Source: Botryllus schlosseri (lineage: Eukaryota). Taken from it: a stretch of DNA of 64,000 nucleotides. Below are positions 14,276 through 25,740 of the stretch, piece by piece. The DNA lies in the NCBI GenBank assembly GCA_051294905.1, contig CM119373.1, positions 24,800,001 through 24,864,000 of the forward strand, in the 5' to 3' direction. Position numbers and translations under genes: made by a program. The notes under the pieces are model-generated. The model ran no database searches. It had not been told where the DNA came from and saw only the letters and a list, made by a program, of their open reading frames with translations. Every line of letters starts with the position of its first letter. Positions within the stretch are counted from its first letter, which is position 1.

Positions 14276-14803
14276 TCATTTCAATATCAATACACCATTC
14301 AATTCTATATTGAAGGTATGTACCTCCAAGAAGCTCTACAATGGCAAATAGGAACATAAACGAATACAACAGCCGTTTCACGGATCTGATTGTTTACTCC
14401 TGCATAATATTTGAATATTGTCAATATGCAACGAAGCAAACACAAAATTTCAAACGACGTGTCTACATATCAATTTGTCCATTTGCGCAAATTTCGTTAT
14501 GCATTTGCTATGCTTAAAATCTTTAATTAAGGGATATAACCCGTCTATCATTCAACATTTTCGTTTATAAGTTTCAACTCTCATCGGCGTATTATCTGAA
14601 TACGACAACGGGTTATCGGTGCGGCATGCCACATTTCTCTTCGCCATATGAAGACGGATAATGGAATAGGACTCCCGAAGACAGTAGTGACTACTTTGTA
14701 ATATTGATATATTAAGGTCTTCAAAGCTGGGCCGGGCGCCCGTCGGAGTTATTCAAGGGCAATCGCTATCGCTGCTTGGAATCAATCACAAGGTATGTCA
14801 TAT

Positions 14804-15393
14804 TATAGAAATTAAACATGGAACGGCAACGACCGATTTTGCAGCTTCGTTCCGCTTCGCAGAGGCTGGAGAGGAGTATTGTTTTGCGTAAGCGACTGTA
14901 GGATTTCTGGCAATACAAAAGCTATCTTCCCGAGCGCAGAAATTATTGAATCTGGTCTTGATCGAAAGCTACTGTTGCACCGATTTCGAAAATATAAATT
15001 TAAATAATGAGCAGGCACTGATCCACCTAGAATCTGACCTCCAAGTCTGAAATATCGGCATTGTTCAGAACAATCGGGTAACCGCAACACAATGACCATA
15101 ACAATGACCCGTAGCGACTCTCCGATTGTTCGAACAATGCTGATATTTCGACTTGGAGGACGGATTCTAGGTGGACCAGTGCCTGATCATTATTTTAATT
15201 TATATTTTCGAAATTGGTGCAACAGTGGCTTTCGATCAAGACCATATTCATTAATTTCTGTGCTCGGGAAGATAGCTTTTGGATTGACAGAAATCCTACA
15301 GTCGCTTACGCAAAACAATTCTCCACTCCAGCCTCGGCGAAGCGGAACGAAGCTGCAAAATCGGTCGTTGCCGTTCCATGTTTAATTTCTATA
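14804..15393. mobile_element. Foldback (long-TIR) non-autonomous element
   Basis: Arms 14804-15077 and 15122-15393 are near-identical reverse complements around a ~44-bp spacer. Direct repeat GTCATAT at 14797-14803 and 15394-15400. The mirror-image ORFs 14812(-) and 15092(+) reflect the palindrome. Confidence 0.88.
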
Positions 15394-16569
15394 GTCATAT
15401 ACTGAACAGTAGCCTACCTAATAATGGAAACAAATCAGTGGCATATATTTTGTTTCAAATGCATCGGACGCGATTGCGCGAAAATTTGTTATGAAGTCTC
15501 TAATTCACCGGTGGCAATAACGAAAATTGGGTGCTTTGTAATGCTGCGATTCTGTTTGTAATTGGTCACGTATTACCGGATCATGGTAACTCAATTTATG
15601 GTAACTCGTTAATTACATGTCGCTATGGAAACTGATAGTTGGCTTTGTACGGCTGGAATTTTCCTAATGTTAATTATCCCGCAGCGCAGTTGTGGTGGTG
15701 AAAACGTGACATGGTGATTGAATAGAGTATACTGATTAATTCTGGCTGTTTTCTGAAGCCATGTACAACAGGCCGATGCTGTAGTAATAGGCCTACGTCC
15801 GCAATTCTTCATGACTACCCACAAATATTACAAGTGACACTATGATATGAATTGAGGAGTGAAACAGGATGATATACACGTCATACAGCCTTGGAGAAAT
15901 GTAATCTATCTGCGACTAATGAGGCTTTGATATCTTCCGCTCATGAATGCCTGATATGTCAGTCGTTTGCTGATTATTGATGCATCAGCTTACACACACA
16001 AGCCCAACAAGGACATTTTGACAAAAGTTTTGTAGTACATTGCCAATATGAGGTAATCTTGTTTGTGCAATCTCAATATGAACGCAACGTCAATCAATTC
16101 CAATTTTGCTTTTACTGTAAAATAATACTAACAATAAACGATTATTATACTTCTTGTCGATTATACGATACGTTATCGTTGATCTCGAGTGTGCGGTCGT
16201 CATTCAGCGACGGGCTGTCAATGGAAAGATCTCGCTTACTGGAAGACAGTACTGATAGGCCTTGATACGTTACGACTTTTTCATCGTACTTCGAATCCAT
16301 AGTCATTTGGCAATAGCTATAGTCGTCCTTTACAGATTATAACGAGCCAATGCCGCTGTTGAAATCTGCAGAACATTTCCTTCGCGATGCGCATATACCT
16401 ATACATACTACACACAGGGCCATAACAGCACTTCGTCAGCCCCCCCCCCCCCCTAAAAAAAACGTTGGTCTTGAGCCCTTCATAGGGTGATAAACCGGAC
16501 TTCTGGGGGCCGTCGCCACCCCAGACCCCTCTCAGCCTATACGCTATTTCGGCTACTTATCATCTAGAT

Positions 16570-17990
16570 CAGTGGTTCTTAACCTTTTTTCCTCCAGCGC
16601 CCCCTTTCAAAAATTATCGTGCTCCAGCGCAACCCCCTAAAAACGATTGCCTTGCGCACCCATAGCGTGATAAACCGAACTTCTTAGGGCTTCGCCCCCA
16701 CGAACCCCCTATCGTGATTTCGATGGTCAGCAATGTTTGTGTGGCCTGGTCGCCCTAGGTACCAAAATTTTCTATAATGCATGAATGAATAGGTGGTAAT
16801 TACATATATAAGTCGCGATAAACTGAGTGAGCTGTTGTATAGGAAGATAAAGGGCATGTAATTAATAATTAAACATATTCGGGCGTGCCCGCAGGTACAA
16901 TTATCCGTTACCAGCGCCGTAACAGCACTTCGTCAGCCCCCCTCAAACAAAAAACGTGGGTACTGGGCCCCCATCAGGTGATAATCCAAGCTTCCGGGGG
17001 ACTTTACTCCCAGACCCCTCTTAGGCTGTCCTCTATTTGCTGAAAGCCTGTTAGGTATCTACATTGGGTGTCCATTCACTGAGGCAGCTATTCTCGCCTA
17101 GTCGCGCGAAGCGTGAAAAATTTCACTAATTAATGATTGAATTGGTCAATATCATCGGGAATTGCATGTAAATTGAGATTGATTTTTATCCTCCCTCTGC
17201 TCACGTAAACACATTTACCGGTAGAGCTGAGTGAGGTGCAATGTTCCCTCTAAGCTGCGCACGTGCGCAGTGCTGACACGGTCTCTGCGCACAGAAAATC
17301 TACGTTGCGCACAAAAAATCCGAAGTTATTACCTTTTTTTGGTCGATACGCACTGCTGTCCAGGGGTCAGCGCAGTGAGTTGTTGAGTGTGCGTAGACTC
17401 ATCAAAACTTAAAGCGAACATTGTGAGGTTTCCTGGAAACTGTAGGGCCCGTTACTAATAATTAAACATATTCGGGCGGGCGAACCCGTTGGTATGACTT
17501 CGTTGCATGATGTTATTTCGTGAGCCCCTGTCTGCAATATCAAAAAATATAGAATCGCTCAATGGGGATATCGCCCAACAGGAATATCCCTGTCGCCTAA
17601 TCGTAATAAACTAAAATACGCACATGATTTCAGATTTGTATTTCTTCACTGACATATAATTTTTCCCTGCCAGATGGAATTCGTCTTCTGGGGTTCAGAT
17701 TGCCAAGTCATGAACATTCGGTGTCAGTCATTTAGGCGCCCATGGACAATTAAACCTATATTTATTTTGAAGGCTATATGTAACGAAGTTTTCGGTGTTA
17801 ATTTGCTCTGAATACTCATTAAGGATATGTCCTATCACCTCATCATCTACTGCGAAGCCATTTTTCTCCAGCGCCCCCCGTACCGCCTCCCTGAGCCCAG
17901 CGCCCCCCATATCGCCCCCTGAGCGTTTCCGCCCCCTTCAAAATCACCAGCGCCCCCTGGGGGGCGCTGGGGGCAGGTTAAGAACCACTG
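16570..17990 (+). mobile_element. Inner Charlie-like hAT element carrying ~1.2 kb of cargo
   Basis: Perfect 15-bp TIRs CAGTGGTTCTTAACC / GGTTAAGAACCACTG. Perfect palindromic TSD ATCTAGAT (16562-16569, 17991-17998). CAGCGCCCCC subterminal repeats. Confidence 0.92.
17239..17423 (+). mobile_element. Small hAT-like MITE (innermost)
   Basis: TIRs CAATGTTCCCTCTAAG / CTTAAAGCGAACATTG. Duplication TGAGGTG / TGAGGTT. The empty site is visible in the paralogous unit at 18481-18506. Confidence 0.88.
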
Positions 17991-19249
17991 ATCTAGATTA
18001 ACTGTGAGTAACATTGTCTCGTCTAACCGCACGAAGCGCGAAAAATTTGTATAATTATTGATTGAATCGGTCAATATGATCGAGAATTGCATATATATTG
18101 CTATTAATTTTTATCCTCTGTCTGCTCACGTATCAAGATTTCCCGGTAGAGCGGAATGAGGTGGGTTTGAAAAGGTAGGACTACTCAATAATAATAGTTA
18201 AACATATCCGGGCGTATACCTGTAGGAAGGAACGAAACAGCACTTCGTCAGGCCCAAAAAGAACTTGGGTCTTGGGCTGCCATAGGGTGATAAACCGACT
18301 TTCCCCTTCCATCACGTTGTTCGCTTTTACCACGTAATTAGTAGTACTATTTAGTGAGCACGCGCGAGGCGCGAAAATTTTCAATCATCAATAATAAAAT
18401 CGGTCAATACGATCGAGAATTGCATATATCTTGCTATCAATTTCTTGTCCTCTCTGGTCGCGTAATCAGATTTACCGGTAGAGCTGAGTGAGGTGTCTTG
18501 GAAACTGCAATGCCCCTAAATAATAATTAAACATCTTCGGACGGGCGGACCCGGTGGTATGACTTCGTTACATGATGTTATTTCGTGACCTCCGCAATAT
18601 CAAAAACGTAGAATCGCATAAACGTACTAAACTATAGCACACACACGATTTGAAATTGGTATTTCTTCGCTGGCATATAATGTTTCCGTGCGGGATGGTA
18701 TTTGTCTTGTGAGGCTCAGATTGCCAAGACAGGAACATTCGGCGCCAGTCATTTAGGCGCCTATGGACAATTAAACTTATATGTATCACGCGCAGTACTT
18801 TTCGGCCAAGGTTTTCTCGCTGCCGATCGTTCTGGGACACCTCTTGGAGTCGCATGATACATCACCCAAAACTTTATATATCGGTGTGACGTGGCGCGGT
18901 AATGGCCAACGCCGATATGCCCATTTTTATAAATCTTGCGTATTTTTTCTTGGGTGGAGAGTACCCAATAATCAAGATATTTGGCAACCAGAAATCGCTC
19001 GGAGCGCGAAAATTATTTCAAAAAGCTGCATAAATTTTCAAAAATACTCTATAATTTATGCTAAATTACGAAATAATTTTGGGGCCCCTTCGAGCTCGCC
19101 CCCCTAATTGGGGGGTTTGGGGTGCGTCAGTTACGGTCCCGACTATACAGCCTGGTTTGCATCGTGGTAGATAAATAGATTTGTCATTAGCATATGCTGA
19201 CAGACCCTTCAGACGCATTTGATAAGAATCAGAAGCACAACTCGGTCGT

Positions 19250-19900
19250 TTGTAGAGCTTCTCAGACGTACATCACTACAATATACAATTGAATAGTATC
19301 TTGATATTGAAATAGCCCCGAATGGTTTCGACGAAAACTCGTCAGGGGTAATCATCAGCAACAAGTAGAGAATTGGAAAGAACATTGTATATCAAAAATC
19401 ATATCACCAAATATGACCTCATCGACATGAAATCTCGATTAGTCGAGACGAAGAGATCGCATAAGCTCAATATACTTTTTTTAGGTGGTACACGAACTCC
19501 TTCCGTAAGCACAAAGTGGGTTGGCGTATTTCGATAAAAGTCGACTCCAAGACAAGTAAATAAAGGTTGGGACGGGCTCTTCCGACGACGGAAAATCTGT
19601 CGTCTTGATATTTAGTCGCACCAACAGAATTATCCAATAAATGGTGGCCAATGGCAGAATTCATGGCCTTTACCTGTTCCGAATCAAGCTTCAGGGAATG
19701 AGGTAAGGGCGACCGTTTCCCCAAGCGTGACGATGGTGTACTAACAAATCTAGGGGATGCTGTTTTATGCGGTCCCACAAGCGCTGTTTCGTTCTTCCCA
19801 CGTAGCTACCACGCACGCTATTAGGAGCTACACGCGCATTCGCACTCAAACTGGTTTGGCAGCACCCATTCGGGATCAATACTTGCGGTTGCGGTGATAA
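19250..19900 (-). mobile_element. Penelope-like retroelement 3' remnant: frameshifted GIY-YIG endonuclease plus terminal repeat
   Basis: Broken frames give QFECEC / SYVGRTKQRLWDRIKQH / SAIGHHLLDNSVGATKYQDDRFSVVGRAR...VLESTFIEIRQPTLCLRKEFVYHLK, the typical PLE GIY-YIG pattern. Followed by a hammerhead-containing repeat. Confidence 0.88.
19316..19349 (-). ncRNA. Minimal type I hammerhead ribozyme motif in PLE 3' repeat
   Basis: Minus strand ACCC-CUGACGA-guuuucguc-GAAA-CCAU-UC-GGGG. Core, G-C stem II closure, UC cleavage site, stem I CCC/GGG. Same sense as the GIY-YIG frame. Confidence 0.65.
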
Positions 19901-20360
19901 TTGCTATAAAACACGTCCCCTCAACCCACCACATATTACCTTGAGGCACAATGAAAACTTGAATCAATATTCATAAAGTCAATATTCATAAAATAAATAA
20001 ACGAATCAAACAATAAATCCATGATGGTATAAGTATCCACGGGTGATGTATTTGAATTGTTAGAATACGCTAGAATATCATTTGCGCAAGCCGTTAAGCG
20101 GTGTCGTAAGAAGAATATTGTACTCTTGTAAAAGACTATAGTAGTCAAAATAACATGAATATAAATATTGAATACGAAGACAATAACAACAATATATCTC
20201 AAATCACCGAATTAATAATTAATAATGAAGGAAGGCAGATTGCTGGTAAATGAAGGCCTGGAAATTTTAGGCGTATAGCTAAGAACTCATCTTGTCGCGT
20301 CTCGGTGCATATATGACGTCACTGCGTATATCCGTCATTCACATCTTAGCAAGATGTTAC

Positions 20361-20436
20361 CTCAGCCTTTCGTCTGCCATTCGCGACGAACTTGGATATC
20401 ATGTTCAAAGCGACTCTTTCAGCGATTTCTGTCTTT
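20361..20436 (-). CDS. Candidate internal exon (phase 2-0)
   Basis: ctttgaaatag|A AAG ... GAG|gtaaca. Encodes KTEIAERVALNMISKFVANGRRKAE. Confidence 0.3.
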
Positions 20437-22205
20437 CTATTTCAAAGGCCGTTTGTTCGCGCCACTCCCATAATGTCATCAAGACGAAACGGTAGATGTT
20501 TTGTATACAATAATTCTTGACACGACGAGATTACGTATGCAAAAGATGCGGTGCCTTTGTATATTTTTAAATGAGCAGAAAACATATTAATACTTAATTA
20601 GCATCTTTGTTAAATAAACAATGTCTTGTCAACAGAGGGTGATAGTATGTATAGTCGCACGCCGTCAGGGTTACAGTATGTCCAACGACGCCATCAGGAA
20701 CGTGAATATCCAATTCATCTCTCCCGTTTGCTATATCTCCAGATTTCTAACTAAATGATTAATAACAGATGATATATTTTGTCTAACTTCGTGAAAATTA
20801 ATTACCCCCAGAGTAATATAGTTTGAATTACAAATGCAATTTTAAATCGTCGATTTGATTGATTAGTACTCATTTATTACAATACAATTATGCATACTTG
20901 TGAGACTCTATAAATAATTTATTGAGATATTCTGTGAATTATATTTGAATGTGCTAACAACTATTTCCTGTGCTTATGGTATATCGTATACAAATACTTT
21001 TAGCCCTATCACATAATAAATAGGGTAATATGGATCAACGAATTGTAATTTAAAGTCGGGAAGAATAATCTTCTTAATAACTCGGCGTATTAGGAATTTT
21101 CTGTTAATTCCAATCGTATTGCATGAGCATGTGCAATTGTGCATTCTTGTAATCTCCGTGTGACATATTCCCGATAATTTTCGTATCCAAAATTTGAACG
21201 TGGAATGACGATATACATTTTTCCTGCCTTAGCAGTTGAATGGTTGATTGAAACTATAGCTTCCCGCTCGTTGAATCGTGAATTTTGCAATGAAACCCAT
21301 GAATCAGATTCATTTTGGACAATTCCTACAATGTTACCGCCATAATGACAGCCTTTCGCCTATTTCTCATTCTAATATATTTGTTATCGAAAAGATTCAC
21401 TTCTACAGTCGCTTTCGAATAGGCAAATTACAATTCAATGTGTCCACCACTTAAAATTTTCTACTAATAATGAATCATGAGCCATGTCATATTATTCTCC
21501 ATCCGTGTTGAGAACCCAGAGTTTAATGAGGTGGTCGTGACTCGTGTCAGTACTCATTACACCGTGTAAATGAAGGTAACTATGGAAATTGTATGAAGAC
21601 ATTGCGATGTAATAATGTCCAATTTAAATGAGGTAATATATCTTTCGTTGCAGCAGCGAACGTGCAGCATCAACAGCGGACCAAAGGGACCTATAGTGTA
21701 GGAGGTGATTTCATCGATGATTGCCACTGCTGTGTACCGGATGAATATGTAATCGATTAGAATGAAGGTAATTGTACTAAGAAGGAGTGCCTGGTTTTTG
21801 AAATGTGCTATTAAGCAATTGAATTCACGAAAATTCAAATCAGCCTTTGTTGATCCAATAGTCCAGATTATAACCTGGAATTCTTTGCAAATTTATGCTT
21901 TCGGTCCATTAATTGACATTCAATCCCACATCTTATTGGCAGCATCCTAAATTCCCAGTAGCGCTTCCGTTTCTAGATTTACAATAGACAACTGTGGTCA
22001 CGGCGTAAGATATACGACAATTTTCTATTCCGAATGCAAAGATTAACGTCCTTACTAACCAACCACAAATCGGACTTTTTCACGAACAATTTTTACCTGA
22101 AACGTTTCAACACCTGGGGTTTGATTCGTCTGTCCGTTAATTTACCGTTGATATAATGTTAATGTAGCGTCTGATCAAATTAAACTTGTTTAAATGTGGA
22201 AATTT

Positions 22206-22410
22206 CCAGAGATTAGCAAAGTAGTCACCGTCGATATTCAAGTAGAAGTAGGAGTAGCGATTTACGAGTAAGTAAAACGTAGGTATTCTGGAGACTTGGT
22301 TCTGAAAATTGTCAAGTAGAAGTAGAAGCAGTCCAACATCATAGCTACTTGAGGAACTACTGCCAATAGTCGAAATCTACTTCAGGTATTTCAAAGAGTA
22401 GAAGTATTCC
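22206..22410 (+). repeat. Degenerate TCAAGTAGAAGTAG-motif repeat (probable DNA-transposon relic); relatives near 27270-27435, 48640-48800, 62500-62760
   Basis: Recurrent TCAAGTAG(AAGTAG) motifs at several dispersed loci in both orientations. Ends not resolved. Confidence 0.5.
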
Positions 22411-22514
22411 GTTTTACTGACCACTCGGGAAATTTCGTACACAACAGGAATGACAGCTCTGGCGTGTTAATTGCATTATTTAGGCCAGAAGTCATCAACG
22501 CTGTACCCGCATGT

Positions 22515-22855
22515 GAGCCGGGCCCACCGTAAGGAGCAGATGAATCACACTTGGTGGCAGTAACAAATATTTAAATGACAGATTATAAGGTCGAAGTGAA
22601 GAAGGGTTCCATGTGAGAGCAGTGAACATGGGTCATTCGACCCTAAGTAAGAATATTATTTCCGAGTCTTCACGAGGAGATTGGCGCTTCGGCGCCCGGT
22701 TCGGCAACGCAACTGAACTCTGAGACGCTGGCGGGGGGACTCACAGAGTCATCTTTTCTGGATAAGGAGCAGACGCTCTCCCGGTGACTGAATGTCAGGA
22801 GGAGAAATTCAACCAAGCGTAAACGGTGGAAGTAACTGGTAGCCCTTCGCATTAA
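22515..22855 (+). pseudogene. Degenerate, internally deleted 28S rRNA-derived fragment
   Basis: CTTGGTGGCAGTAACAAATATTTAAA..AAGGTCGAAGTGAAGAAGGGTTCCATGTGAGAGCAGTGAACATGGGTCA and CGGCAACGCAACTGAACTCTGAGACGCTGGCGGG..TCTTTTCT follow eukaryotic LSU rRNA conserved segments, recalled from memory, in the right order. Confidence 0.8.
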
Positions 22856-23430
22856 TCAGTACCCAAGAAGTCGTTCATACTTTGTAAATAGCTGATTTAG
22901 GCTATCACTCAACATTACAGTATTTTGTCAATATTATTTCGCTGAAATGAAAGTAGTATATTGCAATTTTAGGGGAAATGTATTAAACATTTGTATCCTG
23001 CGCAATAACAAAGAGATAATCTGATAACAGAATGTTGTCAATGATGCTCGCTTCGGCTATAAATTGTCGGAAATAGAGGTAATGCTTCAACTTAGGCGTA
23101 CGTAGTCAGCATGAGCATGTGCATGCATTCGAGGGAGAGGTACAATTTGTGTGCGCTCCTATTTGCAAGAACGCCTAACTGCAACCCAAAGACGAATCCG
23201 TATCACACTCAATATGCTTTAGAACTTTGGGAATGGAAAAAAATATCACGTTCTATCCGGGAAAGTATGCTAACTTGATGATATGTAATGCGAATCGTGG
23301 AATCGTATTACATAGTTAAAGTAAAGTTGTGTGAAATAGTATTTTCAGACTTTTCACTTCGTAGATTAAAGCATTCTTGAATGAGACGGGTTAAGGATAT
23401 TAAAATCAGACAAAAAAACAAGAGAGCTGA

Positions 23431-23684
23431 TTTTTTGTTTGTGGTATTGATGGTGTTTACTCCGGGCCGATATTCATTATTTTTGATTGCGTAACTGCCG
23501 ACTTGTAGCACGGCCCATTTCTAGAAATTTTGTAAGACACCACTAACGCGGATGATATGGCGGGGAGGAGCCTAGATAAACCTCCAACACTTAGGTACAG
23601 GATTTCTGTAATCGAACTCGGTCGGACTCGTACCCACAACCCGTTGGTGGTGTAGGAGTGGAATTACCACTACGCTATCTAGCC
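23431..23684 (-). mobile_element. tRNA-derived SINE, copy 1
   Basis: Minus-strand head with A box TAGCGTAGTGG and B box GGTACGAGTCC. Tail AAACACCATCAATACCACAAACAAAAAA. Colinear with 29338-29624. Confidence 0.85.
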
Positions 23685-24588
23685 ACGTAATAGAGTGCTC
23701 ATTTGATCTGTAGTCAAGCGATGTGAGCTGAGCAATCAACGCAATTCTCACAAGTTCGGCACGATCTTGATCGTGGGTTAACTGAGGAATAATTTCGAAC
23801 GAAAACACTTCCAACCATATCCCCGCATTTTTAAGGTTAGGCGTATACCACAATTGTCACGTGTTACAACAGCGAGATTTGAAATATGGTATGGAGTCTG
23901 TATTAGAATGTTAACCGATCCAGCGCACTTGACAATTAGCGCGGCATCAAAGTCACACGCCGAGACCTTTGGCGTCAAGTCAACCCGCGACAACTCACCG
24001 GATCGGTGCTGCCCGCCAACTAATCCTTCCTCCCGAGTCGTACCAAGAATGAAAGTCGTGAGCGCTAAGCGGACGAAATTACAGCCCAACAAGGCCAGGC
24101 TATGATTGAATTGTCGGATTCGGGGAAAGTAATTGGCGATTGTTGCCATGTTATGCGAGATATGTGGTTATTTATTGAAGAGCTTTTCGATGGAGAGCAA
24201 TGTAAGCAAATTAATTGTTTCTCGACTATTGTGGTTTTTCTGCTAAACGACCTCATACTGCGTTCTGTAGCTAACTGACTGCCCACGCGGAATTCGATAA
24301 TTAGTTCGTGGTAATGATTTTAATAATTATTAATATTAATAACGGCCAGGTGATTATTGTCCGTCCTTTGAAACCATTGATTCGGACCGGGCACAGGATA
24401 GCTTCGTGAATTCGTATGAATTATATCAGGCGTTGGGTTGTGAATTTCTATTTCAGTTTTGGAGATTGATGTATAAAGTCATTCTTGTCATTCCCACGTA
24501 AGCGTTGCCGTACTAACGCCTAGAACGAACGTGGCCGGTGCTAGAAGTTTGTGGATAGGAAATAATAATATAGAATATGGTTCTAATA

Positions 24589-24690
24589 CAGTGGTTCCCA
24601 ACCTTTTTGTCTTCATTCCCCATTTCAGATTTATTCCGAGCCTTCATTCCCCACCAGGACCGTAACAGCTCTTTGTCATCCCCGCCACAA
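24589..24690 (-). mobile_element. Truncated end of the 55402-55918 MITE family abutting the left end of the CAGGGCCGTAAC family
   Basis: 24589-24654 is the reverse complement of 55853-55918. CAGGACCGTAACAGCTCTTTGTCATCCCC starts at 24655 and resembles 16415. Confidence 0.7.
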
Positions 24691-25740
24691 AGACGTTGAT
24701 ATTTTTGTTCCACTTGAAGTGTTGCACGAAAATAGAATCCACTCCCTCCCTGAAATATGTTCATCATTTATATCCATTGCCTATTGCGGAAACAGAATGT
24801 ACGTATTCAATACCCGATAGTTTACTTATTTAAGTTGACAATACTTATAAATTGGATGTTACTTTGACAAATTTGTTTATCTCCAGCGTATCCCTCACAT
24901 CATGAAGATAAATAATTTGTTTTTGCATCACGGGGAAAAGTTAGTCGTGAAGATGAGGCATAGTCTGTTACTTGGAACTATTTTATTTCTAGTCATTCCA
25001 TTGGAATCTGATTTCATCAGCAGATCACTCAGTTCGATTATCACTTCCTCACTTTTTCAAAGACGTTATGGATTATCTTTTGATCTCACATAGCATAGCT
25101 TGCTTATCGTCCTAAATCAAAAGGCGGGTCCGCAATGAATAAACAATATACATTGTTTCAACACAAAGGATGATGACTAGTTTTTTCTCGTCATCGTTTT
25201 GGTGATAAATTCGGAAGCCACATATTCTTGTCGGGATCTGCTGATAATACTAAACGGGAAAAGAAGTCTAGACTCGTGTCTGCGGATGTATGTGGGCAGT
25301 GGGCATGGAAACCAATTCCCGGCGTTTGCCTTTTGCTTCAATTGTACTTTGGCTAATACAGACGTGATTCAGTTCTAATTGACAAGATTTAATACATAAT
25401 CCTAAAAAATAAGTAGGAAATATGGTAGATATAAAAAGGAATACACTTTTTCTTTCACATGCTGTCTAATGGATACGGTTTCCTTCGTAAAAAGTATAGT
25501 TTTGGGGTTTTCAGTGTAAATAGTGATTATATGGTAGAAGTCTTATGATACTAGACATGCGCTCCAGGTGGTCCATTGACACACCATACGTGATGTTTGG
25601 ATTGAATGACTCGGATATTATAAATTATTAGCTATATTTGTAGCTTTTATTTGTGATTTTCACTTTGTGTTGCAGACTTCCGTGTTCAAGGTTGGCTAAA
25701 GAAGCGCCTAGAGCTCGACCAGCAAATGCATCGACTATAC

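Larger units (their letters stand above)
14010..14345. repeat. Inverted dimer (foldback) of Penelope-like element terminal repeat
   Basis: Arms at about 14020-14148 and 14174-14300 are reverse complements around a ~25-bp spacer. Both are homologous to the sequence downstream of the GIY-YIG remnant (19250-19430). Confidence 0.85.
16415..19141 (+). mobile_element. Outer hAT (Tip100/Ac-like termini) element with internal ~300-400-bp tandem units and nested insertions
   Basis: Termini CAGGGCCATAAC / GTTACGGTCCCG. Flanking 8-mers ACTACACA / ACTATACA (7/8). Recurring internal blocks ACAGCACTTCGTCAG, CATAGGGTGATAAACCG, GAATTGCAT, CCGGTAGAGC, AATTAAACATATTCGGGCG. Confidence 0.75.

Noticed and set aside
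14812-15405. Near-identical divergent 95-97-aa ORFs
   Set aside because: Mirror images produced by the foldback arms.
23045-23057. TGCTCGCTTCGGC matching the U6 snRNA 5' end
   Set aside because: The similarity does not continue convincingly beyond 13 nt.
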